Virus record (IMG/VR): IMGVR_UViG_3300010354_000002
Location: 1 to 64,000 of that record
From: a virus
Length of the DNA stretch: 64,000 nucleotides
Strand: one strand, 5' to 3'
Below the pieces are notes generated by a model. That model was not told where the DNA came from. It saw nothing but the letters and a program-made list of their open reading frames with translations, and did no database searches. Each line of letters begins with the position of its first letter. The stretch's first letter is position 1. A program made the translations under genes and the position numbers. Shown one piece after another: positions 46,312 through 57,058 of the stretch.

Positions 46312-49300
46312 ATGCCTAGCACGGGGGCGACTTTCCCAGCCTCGGGATCGGCTACGTCGCCCCCGTCTCCGGGTGGAGCGACGTGGTCCAATCCCGGCAA
46401 CATAGTTGCAGACGATACAAGCAATGCAACGCTTTCGTCGGGCAATGGAATATCAGGACGCCTAGTTGCAACCCAGTTTGGTTTCAACATAGGATCGGTA
46501 ACTGTTCAGGGCATAACGGTCACCATCCGTGGTGGTTACGTTGGGCTATCCAACCCTGACGAAGTTTTTAAAGCCCAACTACGCAATGCAAATGGCAACA
46601 CGGTAGGCGATGCGAAAACCTTCAGCATCCCGTCAAACGAAGAACAAACTTTTACTCTTGGCGGAACATCCGATACATGGGCGGCAGGTCTTACGTCCAC
46701 TGATATCAACGATTCCGATTTCGGCGTTGAAATCTGGTGCGAGGCCGCAGATCAGCCAAACTACTCCGTAAATGTTGATTATGTCAACATAGATGTTACC
46801 TACTCCGGTAGCACGACGGTTGACGGCACGGCATTCAGCACATCAACGGCAACAACGCAGGCCACTGGGGTTCCAGTCAAGACAGGCTCTGCGACTCCTT
46901 CTTCAATCGCCACACCCAGCGCGTCTGCAAGCCTGACGAACATCGCGGCGGCCTCGTCAGGAAGTATTTCTACAGCACAAGCACTCGTTGTGCGCGTCGC
47001 TACTGGTGCGGCTGTAGCAACGCCGGGCGCATCTGCTAGTGTGTCTGGCACAAGGCTGCAAAACGCAACGGCAGACAGCGGTGCATCGGCATTTAGGGAA
47101 GCCACGGGTGTTCGACTTCAGAATGCGCAAGGCGACGCAAATGGTCAAGCCCTTGCAGTATCTAACGCTGTCAAAGTGCCCACCGCAGATGCCAGTGTGC
47201 AGTCATCGGCATCGGCAAGCGCGGATGCCCTCCGGCTTCAAAACGCAACAGCAAACGCAACAAGTGCCGCAATCTTTGACACCACGGGCACTCGATTGCA
47301 GAACGCTGAGGCCGATGCCCAATGCATGGCGACGGCAAGCGCGTCTACGCAGAACACCGCCAACGCAGACGCATCCATCAGCAGTGCCGCCTTTGCTGAC
47401 TCTCTTGGTGTACGGGGAGCCGTCACCTCCGCAGACATCAGCGCAGGTGCTACTGCTATCACTGCCGCGCAGGTTATTGTGCAACCAACCAGCAGTGGAA
47501 ACGCAACGGCCACGGCGACAGCCACTGCGGTGCGCATACGCACGGGGCTTGTCTCGCGTCAGGGGCGAGCCAATGCGAACGTCTCCGGGATGGTGGTGCA
47601 TCGGTCCGTCGTAAACACATTTGCGAACAGCACGGCGTTAGTAACACCAACAATTAGTAAAACAGGCACCGCAGCAGCGTATGGGCTGGTAGCCACGTCC
47701 GCCGAGGCAAACCTCGCCAACGGAGCCAGTGCCAGCGTCACCGGATCGGCTATAGCCTCGGTCAATGCAGTGTTGGAGGGATACCGGTTTGGCTCTCTTG
47801 TTCAAATTCAAGAGAGCAATGCGAACCTGCTAACGGGCGAGACTTGCGAGGGTGGCGTTACCGTCCTGCGTGAAGAGCGAATGGTGGGTGGGGGCACATT
47901 TGGCGGGCGCACAATGGATACGCAGTGGGCTGGATTGTTGCCGCCTGAAGAGTGCTCCTTCCCGGTGCGAAGAGTTAGATGCAGTGGTTCTCTCAGTGTT
48001 CCATTCGGGTCGCTAAACTGGTACGACTTTATGATCGGGCCTCCCGTGCCTCCCGGTGGCACCAATCCTGATCCTGCAATATACGAATATGGTTTCAGGG
48101 CTACGTTTTCAACAATATGGGAAAGTCGCACTGTTGAGGAAAAGGAGACATTTGTAGCGTCTAACAGTGGTACGAACCCATTGCAAGCCGATGTCACACG
48201 CAATGGAAAATGGAAGGCTGAGTTTGACGCCGAACTTTGTATTGCGCACAACGAGGGAGGCTCGTCAGGCACTGGCGCAAACTTTGATGCTGATCCACCA
48301 CACAACTCTTCGGTACGCATTTTTTATCGTCTAAAGCGAGGTGGCACTTACCTATACGAGGTTGAACTTGGAGAGACAAAGGCGATCATGTCGGGCACGA
48401 TTACGACACGTCCTGAACTTCCGTTGCCTGATGGAATTACTCTCAATGCGACAATCCAAGGAGCCACTTCTTGCAGCCATCCGCAGATCACCGCCACGGC
48501 ATATACGAGTGGAACTTGGCGTGGAGCGGACATTGCCGCCGACAAATCGGTTAGTGCGCCCAGTGGCAATGCAACAGCATCAAACGGGAGCGGAACCAGC
48601 GCAACTATTGTCCTTCGTGCGCTAACGCCGGACCCAAGCGGATTTTGGGCCGACCTTGCGCAAGCCAACGCATATATGTGGAAAGCGGTGCGCCTTGACT
48701 ATGACCTGCAAGCAAAACGCAACGCCATGGAGTCTCCATTCCCTGATGCTTCAAGCGACAAGTATTTCAGGGCAAACGAACTGGTAGACACTCCACCGTT
48801 TCAAACTACCTTTGGAGAGTCTCGCACCCTTAGATACGAAAACAGCATTGTACAGGTGCTCACAGGTGACCCATTGGCGGTCGTAGCCGAAGCCTCTCAT
48901 AGCATCCCGAACCAATTCGGTGCAATCTATATGTACGATCCCGCCATCAGCAAGATGGACAAGTACTATCTTGTCAAAGACCGCAAGATGGCTGGGCTGT
49001 CCCTCTCGATACCACAGGCGACAACCAACTTTACGGGAACGGATACGGCAGTCACCGGTGGCCCGTATGGCGTTCAGAGGTCGTTTGCAGGCACAACCTT
49101 GCAGTATCAGCCATTGATGGGTTACAGATACCTTGAGGTCGCCATCACGGAGACTGGAAGCAATAGTCCCGGGACACCGATTAAAGTCATTGTGGAACGA
49201 ACAGCGGAAACCGAGGGGGAAGTTCCGCCAACCAAGGAATACACAAAGGATCGGCTAGGCAATGCCTTGGAATCACCGGGAGGCGGGGCCACAGCCACTT

Positions 49301-51033
49301 TTGTGATTGACATGTGTTCTCCAAGCAACAGTGCCCAAGCAGTAGACGCACAGGAAACCACATATCCATATGACGAGGACTGGACATCGCAGGGTGGCTC
49401 AGAGGATTCCTACCGCCGCATAGGGGAGGGGTATCTAACAGGATTGTTGTATGCGTCGAACATCAAGATTGTCTCGGACGCAAATCGCTCGTACACCATC
49501 AATCACATCAAATGTCGCCGCATAGGTGAGACCGTGCGTGTATCTAACCTGCCGAGCCGACCAATCCCCGACGTTCCCGATCCTGACCGAGACAAGGGCA
49601 GTTACTGGTTCAAGCAACGACCTGACACCATCTTCCACGATCCAGATGAGCCACCACCGCCACCGGGTGAGGAAGATCCGTTTGCGACCACGACGAAGCA
49701 CTATGTGCGTCATTGTTTCACCTGCGACCTAGACGGCAGACTGATTGCCGCAGAATGGTCGGATTGTGAATGGCAACAAACTACTGGTGGTGTTAGTGGC
49801 GTTGTAACCAATACGTTGTTGCAGAACTCCATTACGTGGCTTGCGGATCGCATCAACTCCAACTCGTTGCTGCCCGGTTGGGCTGCGACAATCGCCGCGC
49901 CCATGCCGGGATCTTCTGGCCCATTGTGTTACTACAACCGCAATAGGAAAATGGTGGGGTTGCTGGGTGGAGGTTTGTATTGGGACCCGCCAAGCATCTA
50001 TGCGGCGCAAGGCCAATGGGTCACAGGGCTTGACCGTATTGCCTACGACCCGAACCCTGATATTGATCAAGGCATTCCGTGGCAAGGTGGCTATGATCGT
50101 CTTGAATCCTGCCCCGGCAAAGTCGGCGATGTCTTCCAGCATAAGAATGACATCACCAAACCAGAGGCACTTGTTCTACGGCTCGGGCAAGTCCGACGAG
50201 CACAGGCCGTAGGAATGGTTCTTGACCAGAATGGGCTTGCGGAGGTTGACGCCCGTCTAAATCTAAATCAGACAATCAACGGAACGTTGGAACTGCGAGG
50301 CACCGGTCTGAGCGATGCATTTGGTTATGCGCAGACGCTTCTTCCGCACGCAATTACCGGGCCGGACACCTCTACCGTTTCGTTTGAGCAAGGCGGCTCT
50401 GCGGATTACGATACGGTACGGCGTAAACGTTTCTATTTCCGTTGCGGTGTTGTTCAGGTTGGCGAGAGTACCTACATTGCGCTGTATCGGCATGGGCAAG
50501 ATCGGGCGTGCCTATACCATTACGTTGCAAACACGGGGTTGGTAGTCTGGGATTACCTTGGACAGCCGACCGATCCCGCATCAGCCAAGACGGAGACGGT
50601 CATTGACGACGCTACGGACGCCAGAATGCCATCTGCGTGGTTGCGCCCCGAAGAGTTCCACGAGGTTGTATATTTGCGAGGGACTAAACCTGTTTATGGA
50701 AAGTCAAACCAATTTGTGCGGAGTTGGAGATTGACCGAGATACCCGGCTCGGCTGAAGCCATCGCTGCTTGTCATCAAAACGGGCGACTCATCGTGGCTG
50801 CGTACCATGACAATCGCTGGTACGTTCGCGTTGGCAAAATGAATAAGGCCACTGGAGCCTATACGTTCAGTGCAGAATCCCCAATACTTGCCCAGAACGC
50901 CGCAAAACCACATGGACATCTCTATACAAGGGCAGATAACGTCATAGAATTTGCGTATCTCAATAGCAGCAATCAGCCGCGAGTGGTCAGATGTCATTCT
51001 CTATCGCTTGACGGGACAGGTACATGGGCATGA
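46312..51033 (+). CDS. Large fibre/adhesin-like structural protein
   Basis: 1573 aa; N-terminal beta domain, Ala/Ser/Thr-rich stalk with RLQNA repeats, long beta-rich C-terminus. Confidence 0.7.
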   Translation: MPSTGATFPASGSATSPPSPGGATWSNPGNIVADDTSNATLSSGNGISGRLVATQFGFNIGSVTVQGITVTIRGGYVGLSNPDEVFKAQLRNANGNTVGDAKTFSIPSNEEQTFTLGGTSDTWAAGLTSTDINDSDFGVEIWCEAADQPNYSVNVDYVNIDVTYSGSTTVDGTAFSTSTATTQATGVPVKTGSATPSSIATPSASASLTNIAAASSGSISTAQALVVRVATGAAVATPGASASVSGTRLQNATADSGASAFREATGVRLQNAQGDANGQALAVSNAVKVPTADASVQSSASASADALRLQNATANATSAAIFDTTGTRLQNAEADAQCMATASASTQNTANADASISSAAFADSLGVRGAVTSADISAGATAITAAQVIVQPTSSGNATATATATAVRIRTGLVSRQGRANANVSGMVVHRSVVNTFANSTALVTPTISKTGTAAAYGLVATSAEANLANGASASVTGSAIASVNAVLEGYRFGSLVQIQESNANLLTGETCEGGVTVLREERMVGGGTFGGRTMDTQWAGLLPPEECSFPVRRVRCSGSLSVPFGSLNWYDFMIGPPVPPGGTNPDPAIYEYGFRATFSTIWESRTVEEKETFVASNSGTNPLQADVTRNGKWKAEFDAELCIAHNEGGSSGTGANFDADPPHNSSVRIFYRLKRGGTYLYEVELGETKAIMSGTITTRPELPLPDGITLNATIQGATSCSHPQITATAYTSGTWRGADIAADKSVSAPSGNATASNGSGTSATIVLRALTPDPSGFWADLAQANAYMWKAVRLDYDLQAKRNAMESPFPDASSDKYFRANELVDTPPFQTTFGESRTLRYENSIVQVLTGDPLAVVAEASHSIPNQFGAIYMYDPAISKMDKYYLVKDRKMAGLSLSIPQATTNFTGTDTAVTGGPYGVQRSFAGTTLQYQPLMGYRYLEVAITETGSNSPGTPIKVIVERTAETEGEVPPTKEYTKDRLGNALESPGGGATATFVIDMCSPSNSAQAVDAQETTYPYDEDWTSQGGSEDSYRRIGEGYLTGLLYASNIKIVSDANRSYTINHIKCRRIGETVRVSNLPSRPIPDVPDPDRDKGSYWFKQRPDTIFHDPDEPPPPPGEEDPFATTTKHYVRHCFTCDLDGRLIAAEWSDCEWQQTTGGVSGVVTNTLLQNSITWLADRINSNSLLPGWAATIAAPMPGSSGPLCYYNRNRKMVGLLGGGLYWDPPSIYAAQGQWVTGLDRIAYDPNPDIDQGIPWQGGYDRLESCPGKVGDVFQHKNDITKPEALVLRLGQVRRAQAVGMVLDQNGLAEVDARLNLNQTINGTLELRGTGLSDAFGYAQTLLPHAITGPDTSTVSFEQGGSADYDTVRRKRFYFRCGVVQVGESTYIALYRHGQDRACLYHYVANTGLVVWDYLGQPTDPASAKTETVIDDATDARMPSAWLRPEEFHEVVYLRGTKPVYGKSNQFVRSWRLTEIPGSAEAIAACHQNGRLIVAAYHDNRWYVRVGKMNKATGAYTFSAESPILAQNAAKPHGHLYTRADNVIEFAYLNSSNQPRVVRCHSLSLDGTGTWA

Positions 51034-52304
51034 ACGAGCAGGACAACCCCGGGCAACTGCCAAAATTTGAGCATTACGATTTGCGTGATGCGAACTGGCA
51101 ACAAGCAAGCGACCAGCATCATGGCGCAGTGGTGAATCCCGATCAATTTGTATCCGCTGATCCAAAGATGCATGTCATGTCGTCCGACAACGGGCACATT
51201 AGGTTCAACTCAATGCGATTTGCACAGGCGTTGCAACGCAAAGGCGTTCGATCCATGTCTGGAGAGGAGTTTCACCGACAGGCTGTTGCCCGTGGGATTT
51301 CTCCAGAGGAACTTGCATGGGGCGGTTTGCATCCCAACCGATGGAAATATGCACCATTAATGACCCCAAGGGGTTGGCAACAGTATCTACAAATCAATCT
51401 GCCTTCCCTATTGATGAAAGATCAAGATGGCCTGAATCTTGGCGTCGTAGGGAATTTGGGTCCATTGGATCACGAAAAATTGCAGCGTCGCGGTTTCCAC
51501 GTTGAATCTCATGGTTTAGACAGGAACAAGGCAGATGGTGCAGTAGGTCTGAAAATTGATTTTACCCGTGGGCCGATGCGTACTATTCACGATGATGCTC
51601 AACATGAAGAGGTAGAGGGTCACGGATCGCCTCATATATTGCATTACAAAGGGTTTGACGTCACCGGGCCGAATGGTGACAAGACGTTGGCGGTAGAGCA
51701 GGTTCAAAGCGATTGGCATCAGAAGAAAAACGGCGGGTCAAGCAGTTCATTTACACCAAGTGGCAAACGCATCGTAAACATTGAGGATGAAAACTGGCCT
51801 GCGCATGATCCATATAAAAAAATAGGCCGACCTTCTTTCCTAGATTTGCCATTCGGTCAACGGGACAATGGCGAATGGGAGAACCTAGCATTGCGTATGG
51901 CTCTCCATGTCGCCGCTCACAAGGGGTTTGATCGTATTGCCCTACCGTATGCGGACGTGGCGGATAAAACGTGGTGGCAAAACGGTCGAGAGCAAAAACT
52001 GTATGGCGATGGTTGGACGCACGTCTTGAAGCGCAACGGCGTAACTCTACCCCGGGAAGCAGACAAGATCGCTCGCTCACTGAAGGATCTCGGTGTAGTG
52101 CGCGGACAATGGAAGATGCCTATTGGAGTTGGTGGCGGTCCTGAACGAACCCTGTCAACGCTGGAACTTACACCAGCCGCGCGAGAGCACTTGATTCGCA
52201 ATGGCCTGACTCCTTGGGGTTCAGACAATCCTCGCGACATGGTACGCGCAATGAAGGCATTGCCCATTCGTGTTTCAATGAGAGGAAACTTTTGGAATGG
52301 ATAA
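51024..52304 (+). CDS. QSD-domain protein (sixth copy)
   Basis: RGISPEELAWGGL…HYKG…EQVQSDWHQ…LPF…W…GFDRIA…VTLP. Confidence 0.8.
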   Translation: MGMNEQDNPGQLPKFEHYDLRDANWQQASDQHHGAVVNPDQFVSADPKMHVMSSDNGHIRFNSMRFAQALQRKGVRSMSGEEFHRQAVARGISPEELAWGGLHPNRWKYAPLMTPRGWQQYLQINLPSLLMKDQDGLNLGVVGNLGPLDHEKLQRRGFHVESHGLDRNKADGAVGLKIDFTRGPMRTIHDDAQHEEVEGHGSPHILHYKGFDVTGPNGDKTLAVEQVQSDWHQKKNGGSSSSFTPSGKRIVNIEDENWPAHDPYKKIGRPSFLDLPFGQRDNGEWENLALRMALHVAAHKGFDRIALPYADVADKTWWQNGREQKLYGDGWTHVLKRNGVTLPREADKIARSLKDLGVVRGQWKMPIGVGGGPERTLSTLELTPAAREHLIRNGLTPWGSDNPRDMVRAMKALPIRVSMRGNFWNG

Positions 52305-53574
52305 CGAGGCTACGCCGGGACAACTTCCACGGTTTGAACGATTTGATTCATCTGATTCCAACTGGTCGCAAACAGCCTCAGCCCATCCGGGAGCCGTGCG
52401 TTCCAAGTTGGGAGGTATGCGATTTCATTCATTGCGTGTCGCAGAGGGCTTGAGGCGTAAAAACGTCGGTCCTATTTCCGCGCCCGACATGTATCGCCAG
52501 ATGATTGGGCGTGGCGTCTCCAAACAAGAAGCGGCATTTGCCGGTCTTCATCCAAATATGCATGACAATCTGCCTGCCATGACACCGTCTCAATGGCATC
52601 AATATATGTCGCAAAAGTTGCCTAAATTGTCAATGCAGAATCAAGATGGACTAAATTCAGGAATCTACGGCAACCTGTTGACGCAACAATATGGAATGCG
52701 AACGCCGATGGAGAGGATGTGGCAAAAGGGATATATGCCGTCACGTCATGGCGTTGGAGGCAATAAGACCGAACATACGGGTGCAGTCAGCATGACGATG
52801 GATGACCCAAGGTTGTCGTATTTTGGAATTCATCACCAAGCCGTTAAGGGGCATGGTGACCCTCACATTGTCCACTACAAAGGATTCAATGTGGTAGATC
52901 CGCATGGCGGCATCTCCGTCGTGTTGGATCAAGTTCAATCCGATTGGCATCAAAAGAAGCACAATGTGCAGGAGGAAGACTTCGACCCTTGGGACATGGC
53001 CGATAAAAAGGACATGCGCAAGCACAAGGAAAAGAAAGCGGAACTGCGAGACAACGTCAGGACATTTGAGCATGCGGATTGGCCTACGCATGATTTGTTT
53101 GACGCACACTTCCCCACTTACTTGGATTTGCCATTCGGGCATAGTGACAATGGAGAGTGGGAAAACCTTGCCCTGCGTATGGCTTTGCACAATGCTGCTC
53201 ATCAGGGAGCCGACCGTATTGCATTGCCGTTGGCCGATCACGATCAAGATCGTTTTTGGCAAAATGGACTTCAAGTGCCACTTCGACAGGCGGATGACAA
53301 TGTTGTTCGCAGGAACTCAGTCACCCTGCCGCGTGAGGCGGCAAAAATTGCCCAGACGTTGCGTGATCAGGGAGTAAAGACCGGCACATGGAATTTTCCT
53401 GTTCCGCTATATGGCAAATCAGTTCAGTTGAATACAATTGAGTTGACGCCCGAGGCCCGTAGAACGCTTATCATGCATGGCCTTGCGCCATTTTCAACCA
53501 TGAACCCGCGAGATATTCATCGTGCTATCAAAGCATTGCCCGTCGTGATCCGCAGGCGCAAGGAATCTTTGTAA
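52297..53574 (+). CDS. QSD-domain protein (seventh copy; tandem paralog)
   Basis: DQVQSDWHQ; DNGEWENLALRMALH identical to the previous gene. Confidence 0.8.
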   Translation: MDNEATPGQLPRFERFDSSDSNWSQTASAHPGAVRSKLGGMRFHSLRVAEGLRRKNVGPISAPDMYRQMIGRGVSKQEAAFAGLHPNMHDNLPAMTPSQWHQYMSQKLPKLSMQNQDGLNSGIYGNLLTQQYGMRTPMERMWQKGYMPSRHGVGGNKTEHTGAVSMTMDDPRLSYFGIHHQAVKGHGDPHIVHYKGFNVVDPHGGISVVLDQVQSDWHQKKHNVQEEDFDPWDMADKKDMRKHKEKKAELRDNVRTFEHADWPTHDLFDAHFPTYLDLPFGHSDNGEWENLALRMALHNAAHQGADRIALPLADHDQDRFWQNGLQVPLRQADDNVVRRNSVTLPREAAKIAQTLRDQGVKTGTWNFPVPLYGKSVQLNTIELTPEARRTLIMHGLAPFSTMNPRDIHRAIKALPVVIRRRKESL

Positions 53575-56558
53575 TGCCAGACCCTCCGCTTATGCCGCTC
53601 CAGACATCTGGCAAGGTCTCCGTGACGGGGGCTATTGCATTTGGGGACATTCACGCCATTCATGGGAATCAACTTCAACCGTCATTTGTCTGGGTGGATC
53701 ACATGGGTGGCACGATCATGGACACCCTCACCGACCCGACTAATATGAAGGCCGACCGAGTTTTGGGAGTGTCTCACGCTGCACCGGTATTTGTTCCATT
53801 CCATCAAAAGATAGAATCTTCCAACGTCACCTTGCCAGTTGACAACACGCAATACATTCCGGGGATGGCAATCCCCATTGTCTCGTGGACCTGTACAAAC
53901 ACAGGCTCCGTGACGCCTAAGCAAACTGCATATGCGGATCGTTATTTCGGGTTTGAATATTTCGAGACGGTGCTGCCGGAAGCGGCCAACCTAAGCGACG
54001 CCACTAATCTCTGGCAAATCTATGAGGCTAGCCAGTATCGCAATACCGACGGTGGTTCCGTCGTGTCGTTTGATGAACAGGGCTTTACGTTGTTCATCCA
54101 GAAGCAAAAACTTGGATATGTAAACACGGTTAACCCTACCAATATCTCAATCTCTTGGGAAGTCTACACAAAGGGCGCAGACAAGTCCGGCACGGAACCC
54201 GGCGTATTTGAACTCACCCTATACCAGAACAAGCCGCCTGAACTTACCCTTGATGGTCGCTCGCTGCGATCTGCTATGAGTTTTGGCACGCACCCGATTG
54301 GCATGATCGGCTCCATGGGCAATGCTGATCTGACGTTGCAACAGTTCGTTCAGGTCATGATTGTCGGTGGGAGAATGCAGGTAACTGTGCCGGGCACTGG
54401 AGTGCCGATTGTCGTACACCTTGAGCGCATTTGGCATGCGACCGTAAGTGGAATTCCAGTCAACAAAGATCAAGAGCCACAAATCGCATACGCCTACGTG
54501 CCAAAGGGTGTTGCGGATCGCCTTCCTGCGTCTCTTGGCGGGTATTCCGACATTGATATCTATCGTTGGCCATCCGGGCAGCACCCAATCATGGGTGTCG
54601 GCGGCAACGCGACCAAGTTCATCGTTACGGATCGGTGGCCAGCAGGAACGTGTCCTGACATCCCTGCAGAGACGCTATCGGACGAGTTTGACGTTATCAA
54701 GAGCAATACCAACCTTGAAGCCGGGATCGAAATTGGAATCCTAGAGCCTCGCATTGGCAAGGTGACATTGTCGGTAAAGGGCTTTAGCCAATACTCGTTC
54801 TCACTGCATCCGATGCGTTTTGCGAACAACTTTTCCTATACATCCATCCAGCAACAGTTGGGCTTCACGCCAAGCGTCACCACGCCGCCGACGTTTGACC
54901 TGCATATGCATGCCGATATCGCCAAGAACCTTGATTCTGGCGAGACGCATACCTGCAAGCATATACCTACTGCTCAGGTCACGCTGACAGACGAGCACCT
55001 TGCCGGTTCACAGATAAGCCAATACAGCCTGTCCTGCGTTTCAACTGAAACGCCGTTTGCTTACGCTGGCATCAATACAGTGCGATACACGCCCGGTATT
55101 GAGCGCATCTCCATTCGTTACGCTGGGATCACCGAACTAGACCCTCCTGACGAGGAGACCTACAACATCTTCGCCGTAGGCGAGGGGCAAAATGGGTGTG
55201 CTGAATATTTGGTTTCGGTGACAGAAGAGTCATCGTTCGACTTCGGTGGCATGCGTGTGCATCAAAACCTTGGTGCTACTTTCAACAACTACTCCGGCAT
55301 CCAGCAATTTGCGCAGGATACCGGTGTGCGAGGGGCTGGGAATATCGCCCTCTGTTGGCGGTGGGGCTACAAGCATAGCGAGGGCATCAATGGGCAGGAA
55401 GGCCCAGCATGGTGGTCTACTGAGGAAGAGCCGGTCTACGGCCCCGGGTGGGGACGCCTATACGGATTCTGCGATACCTACGCCTTCTCTGGCACTACCG
55501 GGCGATACAGCCTGACGTTGCAGGGCAAGTCCATGATGGCTCGCCTTGACGACACTGTTTTCCACGCTCCGCCCAACATGGATGGCTGGAACCACTACCG
55601 GGCTGTGTACACGCTGCTATCCATGGCCGGAATACCGGACAGCCGAATTGGCTTCATGACCGAGGTGCCGGATGATCCCTATGGACTTGAGGCGACCGAC
55701 CCCGACTTTGATACGGGCGGCTATTTCTTGCCTGTAGGTGTCGGCTCCAACCCATGGACGCCGATTGCTCGCAGCATGACCGTGGGCCAGTTGATGGGCA
55801 TGATTCAGCAGGTCACGCAGTTCATTCTGTATGTGGACGACCTTGGGATTTGGCGTTACGAGCCATTCATGCGCGACGCAACCGGCAACCCGAAGCGTAT
55901 TTTTCGAGAGTATTATCCGTACGACTCAAATCAGGGCCTTACGCAAATGTGGGATGTGAATGTCACAATCTCAACTGCGGACGTCCGCAACGAGGTTATT
56001 CTGGTCGGTATTGACGCATATAACCCCTTGACGTTCCTTGACCCTATCTTCGCAGCCGAGCGCGACGAACTCTCCATAAATGCGAACCCAAGCCAGCAAC
56101 CGGCAAACTACATCGGCTGGAAGAAAAACTTCGCAATGACTGATTCACGCTTCGCCACAGCGGAGTTCGCCAAGAAAACGGCAAAGCGTCTGTTTGACAC
56201 CATGCGTCAACCAGCGGTGATTGTCACGTTCTCCTGTTGGGGACAGCCTGATATCTATCCTATGGATTTCATCGGAGTTGAATATCAGCGATCTGGATTG
56301 TCTGGATTCCCTGCGGTGCTTGGTGTCTCGGAGGAGGCAGACAATACCATTCCGCTGTTTGTCACCAAGATTTCCACAACCATCACTCGGACTGCCCGAG
56401 GGCTTATCCCAACGAGTCGCATTGAGGCTCGCTACATCCCGCTTGAGGCATATCAAGACCTTGGCGATGGAGTGAGTTCGCTAGGCAAAACAAAGGGCGA
56501 CAGTTCAATGAGTAACGGCAACAATACAGGTGGCGGTACAGGGCAAGTAGGCCCGTAA
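53574..56558 (+). CDS. Tail hub/baseplate-like structural protein
   Basis: 994 aa; LYVDDLG, VRNEVILVG and C-terminal VTKISTTI patterns of tail hub proteins. Confidence 0.6.
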   Translation: MPDPPLMPLQTSGKVSVTGAIAFGDIHAIHGNQLQPSFVWVDHMGGTIMDTLTDPTNMKADRVLGVSHAAPVFVPFHQKIESSNVTLPVDNTQYIPGMAIPIVSWTCTNTGSVTPKQTAYADRYFGFEYFETVLPEAANLSDATNLWQIYEASQYRNTDGGSVVSFDEQGFTLFIQKQKLGYVNTVNPTNISISWEVYTKGADKSGTEPGVFELTLYQNKPPELTLDGRSLRSAMSFGTHPIGMIGSMGNADLTLQQFVQVMIVGGRMQVTVPGTGVPIVVHLERIWHATVSGIPVNKDQEPQIAYAYVPKGVADRLPASLGGYSDIDIYRWPSGQHPIMGVGGNATKFIVTDRWPAGTCPDIPAETLSDEFDVIKSNTNLEAGIEIGILEPRIGKVTLSVKGFSQYSFSLHPMRFANNFSYTSIQQQLGFTPSVTTPPTFDLHMHADIAKNLDSGETHTCKHIPTAQVTLTDEHLAGSQISQYSLSCVSTETPFAYAGINTVRYTPGIERISIRYAGITELDPPDEETYNIFAVGEGQNGCAEYLVSVTEESSFDFGGMRVHQNLGATFNNYSGIQQFAQDTGVRGAGNIALCWRWGYKHSEGINGQEGPAWWSTEEEPVYGPGWGRLYGFCDTYAFSGTTGRYSLTLQGKSMMARLDDTVFHAPPNMDGWNHYRAVYTLLSMAGIPDSRIGFMTEVPDDPYGLEATDPDFDTGGYFLPVGVGSNPWTPIARSMTVGQLMGMIQQVTQFILYVDDLGIWRYEPFMRDATGNPKRIFREYYPYDSNQGLTQMWDVNVTISTADVRNEVILVGIDAYNPLTFLDPIFAAERDELSINANPSQQPANYIGWKKNFAMTDSRFATAEFAKKTAKRLFDTMRQPAVIVTFSCWGQPDIYPMDFIGVEYQRSGLSGFPAVLGVSEEADNTIPLFVTKISTTITRTARGLIPTSRIEARYIPLEAYQDLGDGVSSLGKTKGDSSMSNGNNTGGGTGQVGP

Positions 56559-56563
56559 CACAC

Positions 56564-56592
56564 AAAAGGCCATGGATTTCTCCATGGCCTTC
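56564..56592. terminator. Terminator between convergent units
   Basis: AAGGCCATGGA-TTTC-TCCATGGCCTT with an A tract on the left. Confidence 0.8.
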
Positions 56593-56618
56593 GTTGCGTC
56601 TATGATGCTCCAACCGGC

Positions 56619-56975
56619 TCAGAATGTCCAGTCGTAGTAGTAATCCCTAGCCCCAATCAGGAAACGTTGGCCGTTTTTCTGGCCCTGACCTTTGATCACC
56701 CACTTGCCATTGGAACGCAGGGTGACAATGATGCGGGGTGCGTTGGGGTTGGGGGTGATGATCCAATCCTGATGGCCAATCCCGAGAGGCTTCGTCTGGT
56801 CGGCTACCACATCGTCCTCTTGAACGACAATGGACCTGCCAGACTTGCTGACCTCAACGATGGTGTACACGCTGCGGTCGCTGTACCAAATGGCGGTGGC
56901 ACCGAGTCCAACCTCGGGAGTGGTCGTGTTCTTGCAGTTGGCGAACACCTGATTCTGAAGAGATCCGTAGTACAT
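56619..56975 (-). CDS. Beta-barrel-like early protein, paralog of 29619
   Basis: PEVGLGAT…SDRSVYTIVEV…TLRSNGKW…YYDWTF. Confidence 0.75.
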   Translation of the reverse strand: MYYGSLQNQVFANCKNTTTPEVGLGATAIWYSDRSVYTIVEVSKSGRSIVVQEDDVVADQTKPLGIGHQDWIITPNPNAPRIIVTLRSNGKWVIKGQGQKNGQRFLIGARDYYYDWTF

Positions 56976-57045
56976 TTCAATCAACCTTTCGTGTGGCCGT
57001 TCTGGCCGACACACACAGGATACCTGCCCTGTTCTGCGTTGTCAA
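56976..57045 (-). promoter_or_regulatory. Early promoter/hairpin/RBS cassette
   Basis: TTGACA-17-TATCCT; GTGTCGGCCAGAACGGCCACAC; GAAAGG. Confidence 0.8.
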
Positions 57046-57058
57046 GTACAGTCAAAAA

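Noticed and set aside
46312-56558. Diversity-generating retroelement acting on fibre genes
   Set aside because: No reverse transcriptase motif or adenine-variable TR/VR pair was noticed by eye.
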